Assembly (NCBI RefSeq): GCF_000143415.4
Contig: NW_003314292.1
Span: forward strand, 1,750,100-1,814,099
Reading direction: 5' to 3'
From: Selaginella moellendorffii
Taxonomy: Eukaryota; Plantae; Lycopodiophyta
DNA length: 64,000 nt
Below, in pieces: positions 60,700 through 64,000 of the stretch; position 1 is the first letter of the stretch; every line of letters starts with the position of its first letter. The position numbers and the translations under genes were made by a program. The notes below the pieces were generated by a model, which worked only from the letters and a program-made list of their open reading frames with translations, made no database searches and had not been told where the DNA came from.

Positions 60700-62835
60700 G
60701 ATAGTGGTTTTCCAAAAGTCTAGATATCTCCAGAAGGTAAGCAAAGGCCAAATGTAGAGTATCCAAGGGTGATGCTAAAGAACTTGAAAATGTCAGTATG
60801 TCCAAATGTGCCAATAGTTTCTTTTAGGCTACCCTCTATGAAGATTGAGGAGATATTACAGCCAAGGAAGCCAACTAGAATACCATATAGAAGTGGATCT
60901 AGAAGAGTTTATAGAGTTGTGCAAGATGCAAGAAGGAAGGGCAGAAGATTATTCATATCATAGTTGAAGGAATGGTCTTGATTGATTTTGTGATATCAAA
61001 TTGGATGTGTGTAGCATTAGTATATCATGACATGATGGTTACTGTAGTAGTAGAGGATGTGAAAGACCTGGGGAAAAAGTGTTACAATGTGGTCATCAAG
61101 GATGAAAGAGCACAACACAAACTTTTACGAGTGGATGCATATGTACAATTGGAGTTTCAATTGTTTTTTAGAGCGTACCACAACAACTTCATGCCACAAA
61201 AGAGGCAAATGTTGCTCCCGCTATCAATTATTGTCAATTTTGAACTTCAAGGAATGGATGTGGCACTAGCAGAGGATAAGGTATTGGTGGCAATACTTCG
61301 GTAGTTCTCCACATTCATAAGGATGGAAGGAATGTTGGTGGGGGATAGAGTTACAGTTAAGGTGAGAATTTTATAGGAAGTGCATATTTTGTTTGAGATT
61401 GAACTTAAGCAAAGGAAAAGGGAAGAATCAAGAAGGATTCGGGTTATGCTACTCCCAAATCTAAATGTCTAAATTATTTACTGAAGGATTGGACATATTG
61501 AAAAGAGCCTAGCAAAAGGAGCAAACATGGAGGAGGCTCAGAAGCTATTGGAGGATCAGCCAAAGGCATCCAGTGGGTTGGAGGGGAAGGACTATAGAGT
61601 CAGAGTAGAGAGGGAAAAAGGAAGATCTACTTCAAATGGAGAGAGCAAGAAGCCATGGACCAAAGTCAAGGATGAGGGATAGGGTGAACAAACAATAGTG
61701 CTGAAACGAGAAAAAGGGTAGTTGGGATTATCTAGAATGAAGGAATGAAGACTGATAGGAAGGAGACTAGAAGGACATGAGCTGGATAAATCATGGGGAC
61801 CTACTCCAACAATAGAGCCAATACAGGACAAACTAAAAGTACTTCTAGAACAAACACCTCATGAGGGTCTTGGGCAACTCCAAAGGTAGTCATGGTCACA
61901 ATCACCAAGGATGGAAGACTTTGCAAAGGGAAATTACCCACCAAGGTTCACTCCACCTAAATGTGTAGTATCTGAAGTGGATTTGTACATTAGTGCTACA
62001 AAGCCTTTGAAGATTTTGGGGGAGTGGATTAACAACATAGTTGGTCATATGCCATTTGGAATTCTGATCACACCCAAACAAAATATAGTATAGACTCTTG
62101 AAGATTGGGTGGTGTATAATTTCAATTGGAACCCATAGAGGTTCTTGATCCAAGAAGACCATTGCATAGAAAAAACACTAAACTCTCTTACATTTTTTGG
62201 AATTGTTAAAATTTTGTTTGCATGGCCACTTTAGCAAATGGGACCATACCATTAGGTGGAGAGATAGCATCTTGGTAGTGCCCAAGGATATCACAATGGT
62301 TAATATCAATGTGAGAACATGGAACATTGGGGGATTAAGAAAGGAAAGGTTAGCTATGAATAACAAGAGAACAAAATTTAAATAGTATCTTAAACAACTA
62401 GAAGGGGTGTTGTAAAGTTTTGATTTTCTATATATGAAAGAGTATAGACTCTCAAGTGTGGATTTGGTTTACAAGTTTGCAAAAGGAAAATATTTTTAGA
62501 ATTTGGCAATTGCATGTAATTAGAGTATGTTAATAGTGGTAAAGGGATCATGTGAGTCTCTTTGTGAAGATTATAAAATCCTAATACCGAGCATAGCATA
62601 GTGTGTTTAGTTTAGGATTAAGGACATGTTGGTGGGTCTATTAAATATGTATGCACCAGCAGGCTATTCTTCCAAAAGGGTGGATTCTTTCACATGTTAC
62701 TAACATGTTCCCGGACTATTGTCAGCATGGATGGTCACTAAGGATTTTAACTTTATGGAAGAAGAGCTAGATAAAGAATGGGGAAAATGAGAGATAAACG
62801 ATGATAGTTCCGCTCAGTCTCGCCACCCCCTTGCT

Positions 62836-62880
<45 letters not shown>

Positions 62881-64000
62881 CTNNNNNNNNNNNNNNNNNN
62901 NNNNNNNNNNNNNNNNNNNNNNNNNNNNNNNNNNNNNNNNNNNNNNNNNNNNNNNNNNNNNNNNNNNNNNNNNNNNNNNNNNCTCCGAGCAGATATGAGT
63001 TTACAAAAGATGCACAAAATGGCTAAAGTATACTATCAATAACTCTTCATGGCAAAATCATGAACTAAAGACCAAAATAAGGTGATGAATGAGGTGGTTT
63101 AGTTTGTTCCATAAAAGGTCAATGGCTTGTCTGTTAAAGCTCTATGTAAAATGTTCACACTTGATAAACTAAAGGAAGCAATAAGGGATTTGAATGATGA
63201 TAAAATGCCTAGGGAAAATAGAATGCCACTAGCATTTTATAAAGCAAACTAGGAATAAATAGAGCTAAAAATCTTGAGCACAAGGAATAAAGTGATGCAT
63301 ATGGGAGAATGGCTTTTAGAAGCAATTGATAGGATTATTGCACTCATCCCAAAAGGGGGGGGGGGGATGTATCTTTGATCAAGAATTAGAGGCCGATTTT
63401 AATGTTTAATACGCTTTACAAGATCATAACTAAGGTGTTAACTAAAAGATTAAGATCAATTTTGCTAAAGATGATACATGACACTTAAAATGGTTTTGTA
63501 GGAGAGAGATAGTTGGTAGACAATATCAATACTGTTAACACATGAATAAGTTAAGGATTGTGTATTGCAAATGTCATTGATTCTGCTAGATTATGAGAAA
63601 GCATACAATAGAGTGGACTGGGAGTTTCTACAAAATATGATGAGAAAAATTGGTATTCTAAATAAATTTGTAAGATGGATAGCTACTCTTTACCAACATG
63701 CATTAAGAAAAGTTGGCAACACAAACAATCAATAAGATAAGGATGTCCATTACCTTCTTTCTGGTTTTTATTTGTAGCTAATGCATTAGCACACTATCTA
63801 GCAAGACTAGAAGAGCTGGAAGGGATAGTGTTACCTGGGTGTTATGACTCTTTGCAAGATATGGCTACAACTATAGAAAATTAATTGAAGTTTAGTACTT
63901 TTGCAGATGACACTGAATAATAACAAAAGGCTCCTTGGAAAACATGAACAAGATTAAGGAGGATCTTGACTTTTTCAATCTGTAGCAAGCTCAAAAAAAT
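60700..64000 (+). mobile_element. Decayed L1-like LINE (ORF1 remnant, AP endonuclease, RT), runs off the window
   Basis: Endonuclease motifs VRTWNIGGL, NMYAP and KDFN. RT motifs IALIPK, RPILMFNTLYKIITKVL, GFVGER, LDYEKAYNRVDWEFL, GCPL and FADD. Many stops. 5' boundary approximate. Confidence 0.88.
62883..62982. other. Assembly gap (100 N) preceded by poly-T
   Basis: N run in the sequence. Confidence 1.

Noticed and set aside
62800-62995. GC-rich stretch and poly-T beside the gap as a retroposed insert or adapter
   Set aside because: It abuts the assembly gap, is likely low-quality sequence, and matches no adapter I can recognise with confidence.

Overview
Eukaryotic nuclear DNA from a non-seed land plant. 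The very short GT-AG introns (about 50-70 nt), tightly packed genes, telo-boxes and gene content suggest a lycophyte such as Selaginella (inference). Two GC-rich gene islands (about 12.4-34.5 kb and 42-51.7 kb) lie among AT-rich decayed transposons: four Ty3/gypsy elements, a nested solo LTR and L1-like LINEs, plus a 100-N gap. Conserved genes: F-box protein, seryl-tRNA synthetase, UMAMIT/WAT1 transporter, two GASA/Snakin peptides, PLAA/Ufd3, PDIA6-type PDI, NIP aquaporin, DPH5, GRDP (DUF1399) and GDP-mannose 4,6-dehydratase. More unusual: an inward-rectifier (Kir/KirBac-like) channel whose pore reads TTFGG instead of TxGYG; a head-to-head pair of intronless orphan paralogs; a Crinkler/RHS-type NTPase plus restriction-endonuclease-fold gene; two tandem microbial-type 2OG-Fe(II) oxygenases; an AT-rich S1/SPH secreted-protein gene; and a 144-bp PLAA/PDI bidirectional promoter with exact ERSE and UPRE motifs. 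Exon structures were read by eye and family calls come from recalled motifs, not database searches.
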